Source: Ascidiella aspersa
Taxonomy: Eukaryota
Length of the DNA stretch: 64,000 bases
NCBI GenBank assembly: GCA_963924565.1
Contig: OZ004610.1
Coordinates: 6,820,001-6,884,000 of the forward strand
Direction: 5' to 3'
How positions within the stretch are numbered: position 1 is the first letter of the stretch; each line of letters starts with the position of its first letter. The position numbers were made by a program, and so were the translations under genes. This document shows, piece by piece, positions 1 through 11,863 of the stretch. The notes under the pieces were generated by a model. That model did not search any database. It had not been told where the DNA came from and was given only the letters and a program-made list of their open reading frames with translations.

Positions 1-167
1 GGTCCAAAAACTGTTCAGAACAATTTTTTTTATGCCTTTTTATGCTCTGTAGACAGTAAAAATTACATACAAGTCGTTCAAACCAAAGATTGTAAATTGA
101 AATTCTGTGTTTTAACTGAGAGACTAAACATGCCGTTGGACAAAGTAGCATTTTTGGTAAAAATCCG

Positions 168-273
168 AATTAGATTAGAACTAGAATTAGAGCAAACAAG
201 CAATTCGCAAATTAGATTAGAATTAGAATTAGCTGTATTTTGCTCTAATTCAAAGAATTAGAAAACTAGAATT
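168..273. repeat. (AATTAG)n-type hexamer cluster, probably subterminal repeats of a decayed DNA transposon
   Basis: Multiple GAATTAGA/GATTAGA units. Confidence 0.55.
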
Positions 274-810
274 ATTTAGTTGTCCGAGTCTGCTCGTGAG
301 GCTCTGTTTCGTGGAATTTTCGGAAAACAATAATTTTATTTCAAATAGGCAATGCAGGCGACAAGGGCAATTTGGATACAAACTATGCATCAAAATGATT
401 GTATAACCAGTAACGCTATGGTATTTACCCGAGTATTGCATATTTACTTATGATAATTTTATTTGACTTGCGAGAAGTGCATTGGATTGTTGGCTAATAA
501 TGAAACTGATCCACAATTTATTTTAATGTACCAAAAGACGAAAAAGTTCATCCATATTTTACGGAGAAAAATATTGTGAAAATTTGACTATATGTTGGAT
601 TTTCTAATAAAACTCAAGTTAAAGCACTCTCTCAATTTGCATGCCTTTTGACCGGATAAAGAACCGCATGCGTCTCGCAAACCGCGGTTTGACCACCCCG
701 TGACATAAGGCAAAAACAGTTAAGAGATGGAAATATCTCCAGGCTGTATATCTATAGGTGTCCAAGTCTGACCCAAACTTAAACTCCGACAAAGAAAGAA
801 TCGGGCTTAC

Positions 811-3565
811 CTGGCGAGAAGAGTGGCAAGGACAGGTTCTCCAGGTCTCCGGCGAAGCTGACCCGGTTCCTACCGCTTCCCGTTCGCCCACTTGACTTCC
901 TGGAAACGCTAAGAACGCCGCGAGGACTTGCAGCTTCGTCGCCGGCCAAGTCCTGCAAGTCAAGTCGGGGCACTTCGTCGGCCGGTGCCTTGCACTCTTT
1001 CTCGGTGATGCGAAAACGACGCAAAGTGGTCTCGACTTGGGCGCCGCGTTTGTTTGGGTCCCGGGCCGAGGCAAGTGGTGATTCATTTCGCCTTCGAGGA
1101 ACGACTGAAGTATCTTTGTCGATTTCGCTATTTGCAAGAAGCTGTTTATCCGGCTGTGGTTTTGGGCGAGCCTCCTTAGATGCGGCAGCAGAACTCTCCC
1201 TTACGCTCTGCAGCGTTTTTTTGGGGCGCTCGTCCGTCAAACGGTGATTCGAAATCGACACAACTTCAAAGCTTGGCCTTCTCTCGCTTCTGTACTTTTC
1301 CAGGCGAGTCGCGAACTGACGTTTCTTGGCCATTGAACGCTGTGGGTAGAAGCTGGCGTCGTCGCTACTATACGAGGTGGACGACTCCGATTCGCTCACC
1401 GTGTCTGTCAAGTTGGCCGAGACGGAGCGCTTCGACGAAGTGCTGGATCTGTAGTAGGGGTGAACCCTTTGTCTGGACTCGGCCTTGGCGGTCTCGCGGC
1501 TACGACTAGGCGATCCTAACATGATCTTTGTTTGACTACGATCTTCTTGCTTCTGCTGTTGTAAGGTTTCAGCTGGAGGCGAATAGAGATCTCGCGGCGA
1601 CAGCAGAGTCTGGAAAATGTCGAGCTGGCGCTTTCGCGTGGCACTTGTGCTGGACAGCAGCTGGTTTGTTTCCGCTACGCGCTGATCCACGTGCCTCGTG
1701 ATCTCGTCCTTGAGGCTGTTCAGCGCCACTTGTAGCTCCGAGTTCGTCCATTTGCTCTCCCCGGTCTTTCCAAGGTCGGGTGACTTTTCTTTTTCCTTTG
1801 TTATTTCTTCCGCAGCAGCAATTGACTCTCGGCTACGGTTCGAATTGGTGGCCTGGACGATGTTCTCGAATTCGGTCAGGCTTCGTTGCAGCTCCTTCAG
1901 GCTCGGGTACAACTCCGAAATCGCGTCATCGTCTGCGTGCTCGCCCTGGATCTTCGTGACGTCACGCAAGGCAACTTCTTTATCGCCCGGCGACAGGGAG
2001 TCGGTTGAAGTAGACGAACGCCCTACTTCTGCTGGCAGCTTCGGCTTGGCTGAGACAGTGGGAAAGACTCGCTGCATATGAGGACGAACAGAGGCTGGAG
2101 GAGCAAAATTGATGCCCAAGTCGCGAGCCACGATCATGATATCGGAAAGCTCCCTGTTCACGTCGTCCACGAGTTGCTTCACTCCTTCGGGTGTGTCTTG
2201 CTCCTCGTGGAAGCAAGCTTCCTCCGAAAATGAGCCGCTGATTTGCTCGATTGCTTGGTGACAAACGCTCTCCTTTGATTCCTTTGATTTTAAAGTTTCT
2301 GTCAACGGTTGCTTGTTTTCGTTGATGTTTTCGGCTGAAGCTTTCGGCTCGGTTTTGTTCATCGCATTTACAGAGTTGGTTTGTTTTAGGCAGGAGGCCG
2401 GAAGTTCCCAGATCACCCTGATCGAGTTGTTGGCCTGGTCGACTTCGTTCACGCAGCTCAAGCTACTACCACCGGCTAAATCCTGCATAAAGCTTTCACA
2501 CAAGGTCAACACATCCTGCAGGTTTCCATCGGACGTTGTAATCGTTTTTTCAACGCTCTTAAGTTGACCCTGTTCAGCAGATAACTCCTCCGGTGCTTTG
2601 TCTTTTTCAGGAGCGTTTTCCCTCTCTGAAAGATGTCCATCGTCGTTGGTATACTGTACAGGCGAATCGCTGCACTCGCCAACGAAGAGATGCGCAGTCG
2701 TGTCGGCGCCAATGTCCACCATGGGCCGCGTTCTAGCCGCGCCACGCGCCCAGAGCTTGCGTTCAATACGCTTCCCGATTGTGATGAGTTTTGCCGATGA
2801 TGTAGTGTCCGATGCGGTGGCATTAGAGCGGCTCTGACGCGCGCCGATGATGACGGATGTCGCGGAACGTGGAGGCCTGGATCCCCGCCTATTTCCAACC
2901 TTGCGTCCAATTACCATAGTCGGAGGTTTCGGTCCACTATTATGCTCTGATTCTTCATCTTGCGTCCTTCTGCTTCCGCACGATTCCCGTGAAGCATCTT
3001 TAGCCTCCTGCTGTTGTTCTCCAGGAGTCTTCCCGGATGGCATGATCGCGATCTCAAAGACTCCGGAGAGCGAGTCGCCGATCGAGGAGGATGAGGTGCG
3101 ATCCTCCAGCGATGAGGATCTATCCACGTAGAGGCTTCCTATAGATGAGGATCCCGCCGCGCTGTGAGCTTCATCGGCGCTCGCGTACGTGGTGGCGATG
3201 GCGCCGAGTCCGGAGCCGGCGGGGTGGGCAGGGGAATCCCCGTTGGCCTTGGGGGCGATATCAAAGATGACGTAATCGCTATCTTCGCTTGTCGACCGCG
3301 GCTCGGCTGTTGTTGTGGAGCGAGTAGGAGGACCTGCCAGCTCGTCGCTTTCGACGCCGCTCTCGCATGCCCAGCTGAAGAAAATGCCGCCCGGCTCGTC
3401 CGACAGTCCGTTGCCTGGCGACGGTGACGTCACGGCGTTGGTGACGTCGATTGTGCTTCGCCCAATGTTGCCGAACTTCTCGACGAGCGCGGTCGGGTGA
3501 GAGCCGAAGACCTTTTCTTCGTCGGACTTTGGAGCGGACTCGCTGCCACTGTTGCTGCAGGTTCC
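811..3565 (-). CDS. Giant uncharacterised protein, exon 8 (2755 nt; low-complexity with coiled-coil-like segments). The gene probably continues left of the window.
   Basis: The 884-aa ORF extends upstream in frame to acceptor cctccag (3566-3568). There is a strong donor CAG|GTAAGC after 811; if it is unused, the frame stops at 779-781. Confidence 0.85.
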
Positions 3566-3572
3566 CTGGAGG

Positions 3573-3844
3573 CAGGACCAGATTAAGGGTAAGCTACTGT
3601 AGGCCTAGGACTATTTACTAGAGAAGGCCTTAATTTTGCAAACCAAGCTACAACAATTAATAAGAATACACATAAAAGGGACTCGACTCAGGCCTTCGTT
3701 TTTGAGCTAAAACTGTACTCTACTGGTATTGGATCTGTATATCACTATCGGTATTATACAATTGTAAGCTAAACAAATTGAGGGCTGAATTTTTCCAGGG
3801 TCTAAGGCTAAAGCCTTAGTAGCCTAATGCTTAATCCGGCTCTG
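3573..3844. mobile_element. hAT-type MITE family A, inserted in the exon-8 splice acceptor
   Basis: TIRs CAGGACCAGATTAAG / CTTAATCCGGCTCTG; perfect 8-bp TSD CCTGGAGG (3565-3572, 3845-3852); second copy at 13622-13887. Confidence 0.9.
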
Positions 3845-4633
3845 CCTGGAGGAAACAGCAAGGTAAAAATTCCAGAAAAAATCACCGCGAGCTAACTTTT
3901 CTAATTATGTCTTGCTTGCATGAAAATCGCAAAGTAAATCAGCAGTTGGAGTAGAAACATCTAACCAAGCTATAGGTAACATTTTTGTACGTTTTCAATA
4001 ACTCTGAAAAATATTTTTAACACAAAAATATATTCAAAATGAACAAAGCGTTATTTGAAATGTATAAAAAATGTTAGTCACTTTTATATGGACTTTAAAA
4101 TTCCAATACACCTAATCACCCAACTTTTATGCTCCGAAATCAACAGATCGGTATGCCTTTTATGAAGGCATACCGTGAACTTTTATATCGGCCTAGTGAT
4201 TTGCCACACCGAATTGAACCGCCAAATCACAATTAATTACGGTTTACAAATTAAAAAATGGTTAAAAGCCTTGATTGTAGTCAGTTAAAAACAGATCTCA
4301 GTTTAGGCAATGGTGATATGGCCGCCCTATCACTTTGCCTGCGTAGATCAGTTGGTATAGGGCCAGGGTACCTGCATAGACTATTTGGGAGTTAAATCTA
4401 ACCATTGGATTTTTTCCCCATATTTACTTTGATTGCATAGAAATAGCCTACTCGATGTGGTCTTTTTAAAGTTAAAAAACCTTTGGGCAACGAAATTCTA
4501 AAAACGATAGCTAACGATTAAAATTAAAGAAAATATTCACAACATTTGACTGCAGGGATGATAACAACGTCATATACGGACGATAAATTTTATAAGTTTA
4601 AACAAATGGTGTCTTATAGGCATGGCAACTTAC

Positions 4634-4745
4634 GGTTTCAGTTTTAATTGGTCCGGCGGAAGGGCGGGGAAACGAAAAGCTGCCTTGAGATGAGACTTTA
4701 GGGAAGGCTTCAACATCTGATGATGAGGTGCCGTGAGTGCTGCTG
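4634..4745 (-). CDS. Giant uncharacterised protein, exon 7 (SSSTHGTSSSDVEAFPK...KTET)
   Basis: Acceptor gtgttctacag followed by tandem CAGCAG (NAGNAG), donor ACC|GTAAGT, 112 nt, phase 2 to 0. Confidence 0.75.
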
Positions 4746-5097
4746 CTGTAGAACACAATCAAGTTAGACAAAAAATAGGTAGCTATTTTGACCTGATGAA
4801 GCATGGTAGTGCGAAAGCTTGTCTAGATTTGAATACAATTTGTCATTAAACGGTGCCTCTTGATTTCTAGATTTTAAATTAGGCAAAAACGAAAACCAAT
4901 AAAGAAGTTACTAAGTAGCAACCATAAGGACGTACAGCACAGCCTTAAAATTACCCCGTTGCCTAATTGCCGACTTAAAAATCTTGTTGGGAAACAAGTG
5001 AAAATAAAGGTCACCCCTTTGTCCAATACCGCTTTAGATTTCAATAATTAACTTTAACAAAAATCTAAAAGATATTTATCAGGTATACTATCTAAAC

Positions 5098-5422
5098 CAG
5101 TGGCTCTCAACCTTTTTTCTTTCGTGGTCCATTTACGTTGCAAAATAATTCTGTGGCCCAATACATTTTTTTGAAAGAAAAAAAAACTGTAAAATAGGCT
5201 TAGAACAAAACACAGCAGAACATATTTCAAAACAGATTATTTATTCAACCGTACATTAGTAATATACTTGCGGCTAACAATAAATTCACATTCCTTTTTA
5301 ATTCCTCACCAAGCCATTATTCCTGTAAAATTTAATATAGTGACACAAATGAAACTAAATCTAGCTTTTTTAAATTGGTCTGTGGCCCACCTCAAATGTT
5401 CTTATGGCCAACTGAACCGATG
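5098..5422. mobile_element. hAT (Charlie/Buster-like) MITE family B
   Basis: CAGTGGCTCTCAACC left end; TSD ATCTAAAC/ATCTAAGC; inverted homolog at 39953-40314. Confidence 0.8.
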
Positions 5423-5880
5423 ATCTAAGCCTAAAGAAACAGGTTACTGCCTAAAGAAGGCAACGTTTTTTAGTTCTTACAAATTTGTTTTATAGGAGCC
5501 CTGTGGGGTTAATCTTTCAGTCGAAAATAATTAAATTGAACATGACGCCTTTGTTTTCGTTAAAGGTGTTCAGACTTTATCTCAGTTTCACAACTGTCGG
5601 GCCAACAGCAGGTTTCTTAAGTCTACTTGTCTAATGACGTCAATTTAAGACCTTGGTCCACGCGAACCAAAAAAAATTTAGGGGGTCGGCGTAAAAACAA
5701 AAGGTGAAGAACCCCTGTTGGATAGTAACGTTAAATTCTCGTTGAGCTACGTTCCGCCAGCAAGAAAAGACAAACAAGTTAAGCAATTGAGTTTCACATT
5801 ACAATTCCTACGCCGCCGTAATAGGCCTACTGTATCACGACTTTTAATTTCAAACTGTTAAATTTGTTGTTATTTTAAAT

Positions 5881-6194
5881 CAGTAGTTCCCAACCTTTTT
5901 GGGCTTGCGGCACCCTACAGAAATTATAAATAGTTCGCGGCACTCTTGCTCGTATTTTTGCTGAGTGGTTAACTAACGTTACAATAACGAGATTGAAACA
6001 GCACATTAACTGTGCAACAAGGTTGAAAAAAACTTTTTAATTTTTGGCACTTTTATCGTACTCAAATTTTTTTATCACGAAGCTCACCAAAAGAGCAAAA
6101 ATGGGAATCCTAAAGAGCTTGAAATATCTCTCAGCCCGTTGAGCGTTAAAAATGGCACCCTAGAGAGCCGCGGCTCCCCGGTTGAGAACCATTG
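5881..6194. mobile_element. hAT (Charlie-like) MITE
   Basis: CAGTAGTTCCCAACC ... GGTTGAGAACCATTG termini; TSD not preserved. Confidence 0.7.
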
Positions 6195-6272
6195 GTATAC
6201 TATAAAGTAATAAAGACCTGAAAGGCAATTTGGTGAATACTGTTTTAAATTAATAAAAATAAAAAGAACTAC

Positions 6273-9200
6273 CTTGCACTTCTCTCCTGGCGGGAGTAAG
6301 AGGAGCCGTCCTCGTCGCTCGAACTAGTGGTGGCTCCCTCGTCCGATGCGACATCCGAAGAACAAGAGGAGGAGGAAGTGGACCTCCACTGCTCCAAGCA
6401 GTCCTCATCGAACGTCACCGACCTCCGATCGACGTAAGCCGTGACGCGTCGCTTCCCCTGATTGAAAAGGCGCCTCACAAAGGCACGAAACGCCCGAGGG
6501 AGTTTGGTCTTCTTGGAACCTCCGGATCGCAAAACGCTAGGAGCCGAGATCGACTGGCTCACTCCGTAGTGCCTCCGCGGGCTCAGGGTGGTCCTAACTC
6601 CTCTCGCGGACTCGCCAGGAGTCGGACCCGATTCTTGGTTGTCTTCCGAAGAGGGTCCGGCACCTTCTTCGCTTTCGGAAGCTTCATTTCCATCCATTCG
6701 CGATTCGCTGGCACTGTTTCGCATTGATCTTTGCGAGCTTTCACCCTTTTTCAGTCCTCTGCCGTCCGGCTGCGAGTTCTGCGAAGTTGCACTCCCGGAT
6801 TCGGACGGCCTCTTCCCGCTATGCACAGACTGCTTTGACGACCTCCGCGACGACTTGGCCCCCGATTCCTTGCTTCCCGACGCGCTCAGCTCATTGGAAC
6901 TCCTTTGCGACCCAGAAGCGCCCGGCTTTTCATCAGCCAGGCTTTCGTCAACCATCTCGTCAACCTTGCTGGTCATTTCGTCCAACAGAAGCCGCACACT
7001 TTCATCTATAGCGGAATCAAACTCGTTCAGGCCTTTCTCCTGAATTCGAGATGTGAAAGAGGCACTGCCTCCAGGCTGCTGAAGGGTGGTGATATCTCTG
7101 ATGCTCGTGTTCAGCGTAGAGACCAGGAACTGTTTTTTCCTTGCGCCGTTAGCCACCTTTAAGTCTGACGTGCCTGCTCTGCTGTTGCTCGACCTCGCCA
7201 CGCCAGGCTCTACTTGCTTATCACCTTCGCTCTCTAATTGTGGCGAGTTGGCAGCGATGTATCCCTCGATGACCACGATACGGCGACCGCCAATGATGCA
7301 GCCCGTCGCGAACATTCCAGCGCCGTACTCTACAGCAGTGCGGCGAATTTCGACGTCCAGGTAGCGTTCTAGCTGCAACTCGGAAGCAATATCCAGCCAT
7401 GAGGACTCTATTGAATCGTTGACGAGGAACTTTGCGACGCCGTTGAAGAGCGCGCTCTTCCATAGCTCGTTGCTGGTGGCTCGCACCTTGCCTTCGACTT
7501 TTGAAGGGAAAAGCCGTTTGAACATTGTTCCGCCTTCGTACATGGCAAAGTCGACGAGGCGCCCGGCCATTGGTTCGATCGCCGCTTTTTCGTAAAGCGA
7601 CGGGAAGAAGGGCTTGAAGTTCTGGCGGAGTCGCGGGCACTTGCGGCAGCTCGACGCCCAGTCGTTCACCTCCTTTGCCGCGTTGCGCTCTTTTACAATG
7701 TCCTTGACGTCCCTGAGGGTCACCAGCCTCTCCCGCTGCTCACCTACGTCGTCCTCTTCCGTTTTCACGTCCACGTCCTCCATCTTCTTGTACTTGAGCG
7801 TCGGCTTGGTGGACGGCCCGCCCAACTTCGCTTCCATCTCATCTTGATCCTTATCCGCCTCCTCCCTGCTCCGGAAGCGGAGGCTGCGCATCAGGAGCCC
7901 GTCTCCGCGAAGATAGAGCATGGCGGCTTCGGTTCGAGTCCTGGACTTTCTATCGTCTTCTTTATTGTCGCCTCGCCTCCTGACTTCGTTGTCGTCGGAG
8001 TCGATAACGGATGGCATCTGCTCATCTAGACTCCTCTCCCTTTCATCCGGATCCCTCCTGCTCCACCACGTGCTTACCTGAGAGAGGTTAGTGGAGGAGT
8101 AGTCCATCGCTCCTAGTCGATGCAGGCCTGGAGGAAAGCGCGGCGCCTCTTCTCTTTGCTGTTCTCCGAAAGAGTCCAACCTCCGGCTGGATGCCGACGA
8201 GATCGAGTACATCATTTTTTCGCTGTCGTTGTCGTCCGTAGTGCTTGGGTTTTGTCCGTGTAATTTCACGGCTGACTGGACTGGCTTTTCAAGCAGCAGT
8301 TTGCTGACAGTTTTGCCCCCTTGCTTCGCTCGGTTCTCATTGGAATGCGAAATCGACAGATCAGGGTTGCTGATCGAGCCCGGAAACCCTGGAACCTCAC
8401 TTGTTTTTCGCTCTAGTTCTCCCGACAGCGACGACTTTGACCTTACCGTCTTTGTAGCGGGGTGAGACGATGATCTGATGCTACTTTTATTCGAGGTTTG
8501 AGCAGTTTGCCCACTCTTGGCTTGCGACTGGGACGATTTTGACTTTGAGGTTGCGGCTACGGACGAGGCTGAAGTCTTAGTTGACTTTAAGCTAGTTTTC
8601 TGGGAGCTGGCTGCGCTTCTCTTACTCTTACTTTCGGACTGTTTGTCAGTGTCGAGCGAACCGGAAGACTTCAACTTGGTTGTGATGCTTTTCACCGAGC
8701 CTTTTCCAGATGGCAATGAAGACTGGCGCGTCTCGCTTCTTTCGGATAAAACGCTGCTTTTCTGACTGCCACTGCCGGGCGCGGACAGCTGCGCGGAGCC
8801 GGGAGAGTCGTACAAGCGCGTATCTTCAACGCGATTCGAAGCATTGGTCCCTGACCACATTGATGCTTTGCTCGACTCAATATCTTCAACTCCCTCTGGT
8901 TGGTCTTCTGCTTCGGATTGGTTCAGCGACTCCGAGCCGCTATCTTGCTGTTCTTCGTTTTCGCTTTGGTCGGACGCAAGTTTCGAGTCGTACTCGTCCG
9001 GCGCGACCTCATCGTATTCGCCGCTGACGGTTGCGCTTTCCTCCTGCGCGGCGTCGTACGATTGCTCCGAACGCGGACCAGTTCTAATGGCCGGCACTGA
9101 AGGTGGTTTTCGGCTTGTTCGCCTTGCAGGAACAGAGCCTTGCCTTTTGGCCTTTGTCGGTTGCTTTGGCTCGGAGTCCCTGGTCCTTCCAATTCGTATC

Positions 9201-11090
9201 TTCGAACGCGAGTGTTCGCGGAGTGAGGGCACTTGGCTCTTGGCTGAAAGCGACTGGTCTTTGGCTGAAAATGACTGACTCATGCCTGAGAGCGAGCGTT
9301 TCTTGGCTGAAAACGACTGAGTCTTGGCTGGAGTTAGCTGTGCTGAATGCTCTTTTAACGATTTCCGGAGGTCGCGCTCGCTCAGAGCCGAGTAAATGCG
9401 GTGCTGATTGCAAGACACCTGCGACAGACTCCTGGCCATCTCGCGCATCTCATTTGTGCAAGTCGGTCGGTCGTAGATCGGCAGGGAGTGGGACATATCG
9501 GCCGAGAGCGCTGGACGCAGCGGCCCGGCGCTGTGCCGAAGTCGGAATCTGGCGGCAACGGCTTCGCGACTTTCCGACGCAGTGTCTTCGGACACTTTCG
9601 GAAGCGCGAACGTGACGTGGCGTGGCGACAAAGCCGTTGGTTCTGGGGTTGAAACGTTTGCCGCCTTAGCTTTGGAGCGACGACCGATGCAGACTAGCGA
9701 GCGACGATTTGAAGAAAGCTTATTGTGGTTGATCCAAAGCGCTCCTTGCTTGGCGGGCTTCTGTTTTTTCGCAGGCGTTGCCTTTTTTGTGCTTTTGCCA
9801 TCGCTTCTGCCGGCGCTGACAGTCGGAAAGCCGCTGTAGGAGGTTACCATAGACGTAGATTGCTCTTCTTCTGACACCTCCTCCTCTTCGCTCGCGTCAC
9901 TTGAGGAAATCGAGTCTTCCTCACTTGACATGTCCACGTTTATATCCGACTCATCGCTCAAGGAAGTCACATTGACATCAGAGTCTTCGCTTGACGAGTC
10001 CACTGTAACATCCGCGCCCTTACTTAAAGAGGAGTCGATTTTGGTATCCGAATATTTGCTTGACGATTCTGAACTATCCTCCGAGTCTTCTTCGCTCGAG
10101 GAATCTTCGTCATCGTCATCATAAAAAGCCAGATCCTCCATCTGAGCCACTTCGTCGTAAATGTGTTCTTCCTCTCTGTTTCGACCCTTTCCAATTTCGA
10201 CCCAGCCGCTCTCCGTTTGCGACAGAGAAAAGGAGCTGCTGTCGCTGTACTGCGACCAACTATCGCTTCCGGCGCAGTAATCATTGTCGAGTGCTACAAG
10301 AGACGATCGCAGGTCAGGACGCGATCCCATCTTGAGCTTGCGCATCCGTTCTTTGATGTGACGCGTCTCCCTTCTGGTTTTCCGCTCGTCGGCGAGGTCC
10401 TCCAGGGTGAAGTCCCCGCGCGCGTACTTGGCCATCGGACCTTTCAAACCAGCAGCCTCCCTTCGCGCAGCCTTCCAGTGGTCCAGCATCTCGTCGGTGT
10501 CCATCTGGATGCCGACTCGCATTCGTCTGTGCTTGTCGCTCATTTTGAGCTGCGCTCGGAACTCGTTTACCTTGGCGCCGGGAAGCCGCATCAAAAACCT
10601 CCCCTTGGCCGGCTCTTTCCCTAAGGCGCGGGGATCGGTGACTGGGCGCCTCCGTCCGATCACGAGGGCATCCGACGAGTTCCACTTACTCATATCGATG
10701 CCGCTGTCCTCTGAGGACGATTCAGAAGCGCGCTCAGCTCCGTAAGGCTCTGCGTTCTCCTCGTACGCGTTCGTCTTCTTAACGTCGAACATCTCCTTCA
10801 CTTGAACGCTCATCCTCCGGAATCGGTTCGCGAATCGCTCGCGGAACGTCTGCGGGTTGAACTCTTCATAAACGTGCTCTTTAGCCTGAATGACCTCGCC
10901 GTCCGCTCCTGGCATGCGAAGCTCCGAGTGGTGGATCATGTCAGACGGGATCGACATCGCGGAGTCGCCGGAGCCAATCCACCGAGACTTTCCTCCTTTA
11001 CCGTCCTCCGATTCCTGTCCATTATCATCTTCCTCCTCCACGCCATGCCACTCACCGTCGTCACGCAATTTGCCCAACACCACCGCTTTT
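6273..11090 (-). CDS. Giant uncharacterised protein, exon 6 (4818 nt; Ser/acidic/basic low-complexity, YDEV motifs, possible folded segment about 7250-7655)
   Basis: 1604-aa ORF; acceptor gttttcgcag at 11091-11093; donor AG|GTAGTT; phase 2 to 2. Confidence 0.88.
9232..9330 (-). repeat. Coding 21-bp degenerate repeat (QSFSAK-like heptapeptides)
   Basis: Recurrent (C/T)TTGGCTGAAA; translation KTQSFSAKKRSLSGMSQSFSAKDQSLSAK. Confidence 0.7.
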
Positions 11091-11863
11091 CTGCGAAAAC
11101 GGAGATAAAGTTTGGGGCTGATTGGCTAGTTTTTTCAACCTGGGCCCAGAATTAAAATGTTGCCAAGGGCCGGAAAAGATTGTCATCTTAGGAAAACAAG
11201 GTCATTTATTGTTCTACAATTTGCCTAACACCACCGCTTTCCTGCGTAAATGAAAATACGTTTAAGGGCTAATCGGCTGTAAAAAAATTTGTCTGAAAAA
11301 AAACAAGGTCATTAAATGGTATTTTTACCACTTCCTACATTTCACTTATTTCAGTTCAATATTTTTTTTTTCAATAAATTGTCGTTTGCTGCGATTCAAA
11401 TTCGGACAACTAAAGATCTTGATGCTGCTGTAAATTTAAATCTAAATCCGGATGCGGTTTCTCAATTACATAGAACTGGTTTGTTTGTTTGCGACTTTAT
11501 GCAACCATTAGCATTTTTTGCTTGATTGTTACCACCCGGAGTGTATTTAAAACTGATAGCCATATTTACCTTTATTTAGCGACTATATATAATTGTAATA
11601 TTTATCCCTGAAAACATTGTTAGAGATTTAATTCAAAAACGTGGCTTTAGAAAGATATTGCCTATTCGTTTGTTGTTAGTTAAAAATAAGAGTTTTTTAC
11701 TTATTTAGCCGGAGTGTGTGACTTAAATACCAGAAACAGACATACTACACTCCTTTTAGCGATTGCATGTAAATCTTTTTCGCACCAAAATGGTATTTTG
11801 AAGCAAGAAATGGAGCACTCCGCAAAATAGCATTTGGCAATATACAACATTAAAGGTAATTAC

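Noticed and set aside
2700-10670. IGRR/IGKR motifs as neuropeptide amidation and cleavage sites
   Set aside because: The predicted protein has no signal peptide (MPEGGKKT...) and the flanking peptides are not repeated.
990-11155. Dozens of plus-strand and alternative-frame ORFs overlapping the two large exons
   Set aside because: Shadow ORFs of GC-rich, low-complexity coding sequence; no independent motifs or splice support.
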